Positions 62,938 to 64,000 of a stretch of DNA of 64,000 nt are shown in pieces. The DNA lies in contig JAWCRZ010000004.1 of the NCBI GenBank assembly GCA_038868995.1, positions 4,967-68,966 of the forward strand, read 5' to 3'. The stretch's first letter is position 1, and the number at the start of each line of letters is the position of its first letter. Under the pieces are notes generated by a model that did not search any database, had not been told where the DNA came from, and worked only from the letters and a program-made list of their open reading frames with translations. This stretch comes from Candidatus Woesearchaeota archaeon (GTDB lineage: Archaea; Nanobdellota; Nanobdellia; Woesearchaeales; ARS49). The translations under genes and the position numbers were made by a program.

Positions 62938-62989
62938 TTCTATTTGGCAAAGAGGCAGATATTTAAAGGTTGCCAGCATTGAAGTTTGT

Positions 62990-63388
62990 ATGGATAATCC
63001 CATTACTTGCTCTGACGAAGAATGGCGTGCAAAGTTAACACCAGAGCAATACAAAGTTCTAAGAAAAAAGGGCACAGAAATGCCTGGTTCTGGCAAATGG
63101 CTGAAGAACAAAAAGACTGGAATGTATGTCTGCGCTGCCTGCGGCAATGAGTTGTTTTCTTCCGATGCTAAGTTTGATTCCGGCACTGGCTGGCCGAGTT
63201 TTTCTGATGTTGCAAAGAGTGATTCTGTTGAACTGAAGGAGGACAAAAGCCACGGAATGGACAGAATTGAGGTTACCTGCAAAAAGTGCGGTGGTCATCT
63301 GGGCCATGTATTTGATGATGGTCCCAAGCCGACTGGCAAAAGGTATTGCATTAACTCGTTGGCTTTGGATTTCAAGAAAAGGAGGTGA
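62990..63388 (+). CDS. msrB: Peptide-methionine (R)-S-oxide reductase
   Basis: It has [28 protein letters not shown] and RYCINS. Confidence 0.95.
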   Translation: MDNPITCSDEEWRAKLTPEQYKVLRKKGTEMPGSGKWLKNKKTGMYVCAACGNELFSSDAKFDSGTGWPSFSDVAKSDSVELKEDKSHGMDRIEVTCKKCGGHLGHVFDDGPKPTGKRYCINSLALDFKKRR

Positions 63389-63391
63389 AAA

Positions 63392-63529
63392 ATGGTGTCT
63401 GCAAAAGTTGTTGTTGCCGTGACAAGCATCATTTTCGGCATTCTGGTGATTGCGTTTCCGGGCTTGCTTAGATGGATTATCGGCTTGTATTTTATCCTGA
63501 GCGGATTGTTGACTCTGCTGCTGCCGTGA
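63392..63529 (+). CDS. Small membrane protein (45 aa), DUF3096-like; absent from the supplied ORF track
   Basis: AAGGAGGTGA lies immediately upstream of ATG 63392. The translation is MVSAKVVVAVTSIIFGILVIAFPGLLRWIIGLYFILSGLLTLLLP, two hydrophobic helices. Confidence 0.5.
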   Translation: MVSAKVVVAVTSIIFGILVIAFPGLLRWIIGLYFILSGLLTLLLP

Positions 63530-63956
63530 GTTCGCCATATGCTTGCTGCTTGTTGCTGCCGAGAAAATAATAGCCGGTTATTTTTGCGCTGAATTCGGGT
63601 ATTATGGTTTTTAAGTACGTGTCAATGTTTTGTGCTTCCCTGACAAGCAGTGCTTTTGCGTCATTTTCATTTAGTTCCTTTTCGGCGTGTGCCAATGCTT
63701 CTGTAAGGTTTTCCATCCTGAGTTGCACTATCCATTGATCGCGACCGTTTTTTAATCTGGAAGTGTAGTTTAATTCTATGGTTTTTGCTGTTTTCAGCCG
63801 CTCGTATAGACCGTGTTCTGGTCTTATCAGTTGCGCAATAGCATAAGCAAGACTTCCCATGAATAGCTGTGCTGAATTATTTGATAAATAAATGTTGCCA
63901 TAAGATTTATATACAGCAGTATACGAATTCAATCTATGGAATCTGTGAGAAGCCAT
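63492..63956 (-). CDS. Hypothetical protein (154 aa)
   Basis: This is an ORF with ordinary amino-acid composition. No motif was recognised. Its 3' end overlaps the small plus-strand gene. Confidence 0.4.
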   Translation of the reverse strand: MASHRFHRLNSYTAVYKSYGNIYLSNNSAQLFMGSLAYAIAQLIRPEHGLYERLKTAKTIELNYTSRLKNGRDQWIVQLRMENLTEALAHAEKELNENDAKALLVREAQNIDTYLKTIIPEFSAKITGYYFLGSNKQQAYGELTAAAESTIRSG

Positions 63957-64000
63957 TCGTAATTGGTTTTCTTCTTGGTTATTTTTATGACTGACAAGCT

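Noticed and set aside
62938-63282. N-terminal 115 codons of the 209-aa minus-strand ORF
   Set aside because: This part runs antisense through the well-supported msrB gene and has a Ser/Leu/Phe-rich composition. The zinc-ribbon protein starts plausibly at ATG 62937.
1-64000. Searched by eye for a diversity-generating retroelement, reverse transcriptase, integrase or transposase, prophage genes, and rRNA or tRNA genes
   Set aside because: No YxDD-type RT motif, recombinase motif, capsid or terminase-like ORF, or T-loop/anticodon-arm pattern was recognised in intergenic DNA. This is a negative result from visual inspection only. tRNAscan/Infernal and HMM scans would be decisive.

Overview
This is an archaeal chromosomal window. 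The evidence is the ribosomal proteins S6e, S19e, L39e and L31e, Cbf5, Pth2, an EndoQ-like PHP nuclease, a NOG1-type GTPase, TATA/BRE-type promoters and many apparently leaderless genes. A small-genome, uncultivated (DPANN-like) lineage is only an inference from the gene content. I support about 60 CDS and saw no rRNA, tRNA, CRISPR array or reverse transcriptase.

- **1-13 kb:** housekeeping and metabolism. This covers a P-type ATPase 3' end, an H+-pyrophosphatase, proline iminopeptidase, a VIT1-family transporter, LipA plus a lipoate ligase/octanoyltransferase, 2-oxoacid dehydrogenase E1alpha/E1beta/E2, acylphosphatase, Bcp, Dus and a CBS protein.
- **13-22 kb:** orphan surface or secreted proteins, a tandem-nucleotidyltransferase protein and a HEXXH peptidase. 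It also holds a 1056-aa lipobox protein with eight Cys-rich CGNG...(E/Q)C repeats.
- **25-44 kb, the main hunt result:** two paralogous, ATGA-coupled minus-strand modules. Each has a pilin-signal protein, one or two giant Cys-rich secreted proteins and a polytopic membrane protein. A vapBC pair separates the two modules.
- **Second result:** a 125-140 bp MITE family with 9-bp target-site duplications. There are five intact copies plus a degenerate head-to-head pair, and each intact copy sits 6-14 bp upstream of a TATA box.
- **45-64 kb:** rps6e, pth2, thrS, an AlkD-like gene, a Nudix hydrolase, an rps19e-rpl39e-rpl31e-cbf5 operon, a six-gene VWA/MoxR/DUF58 cluster, an SDR and msrB.

All family names come from motif recognition by eye. 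No database search was run. Small-feature coordinates may be off by 1-2 nt.
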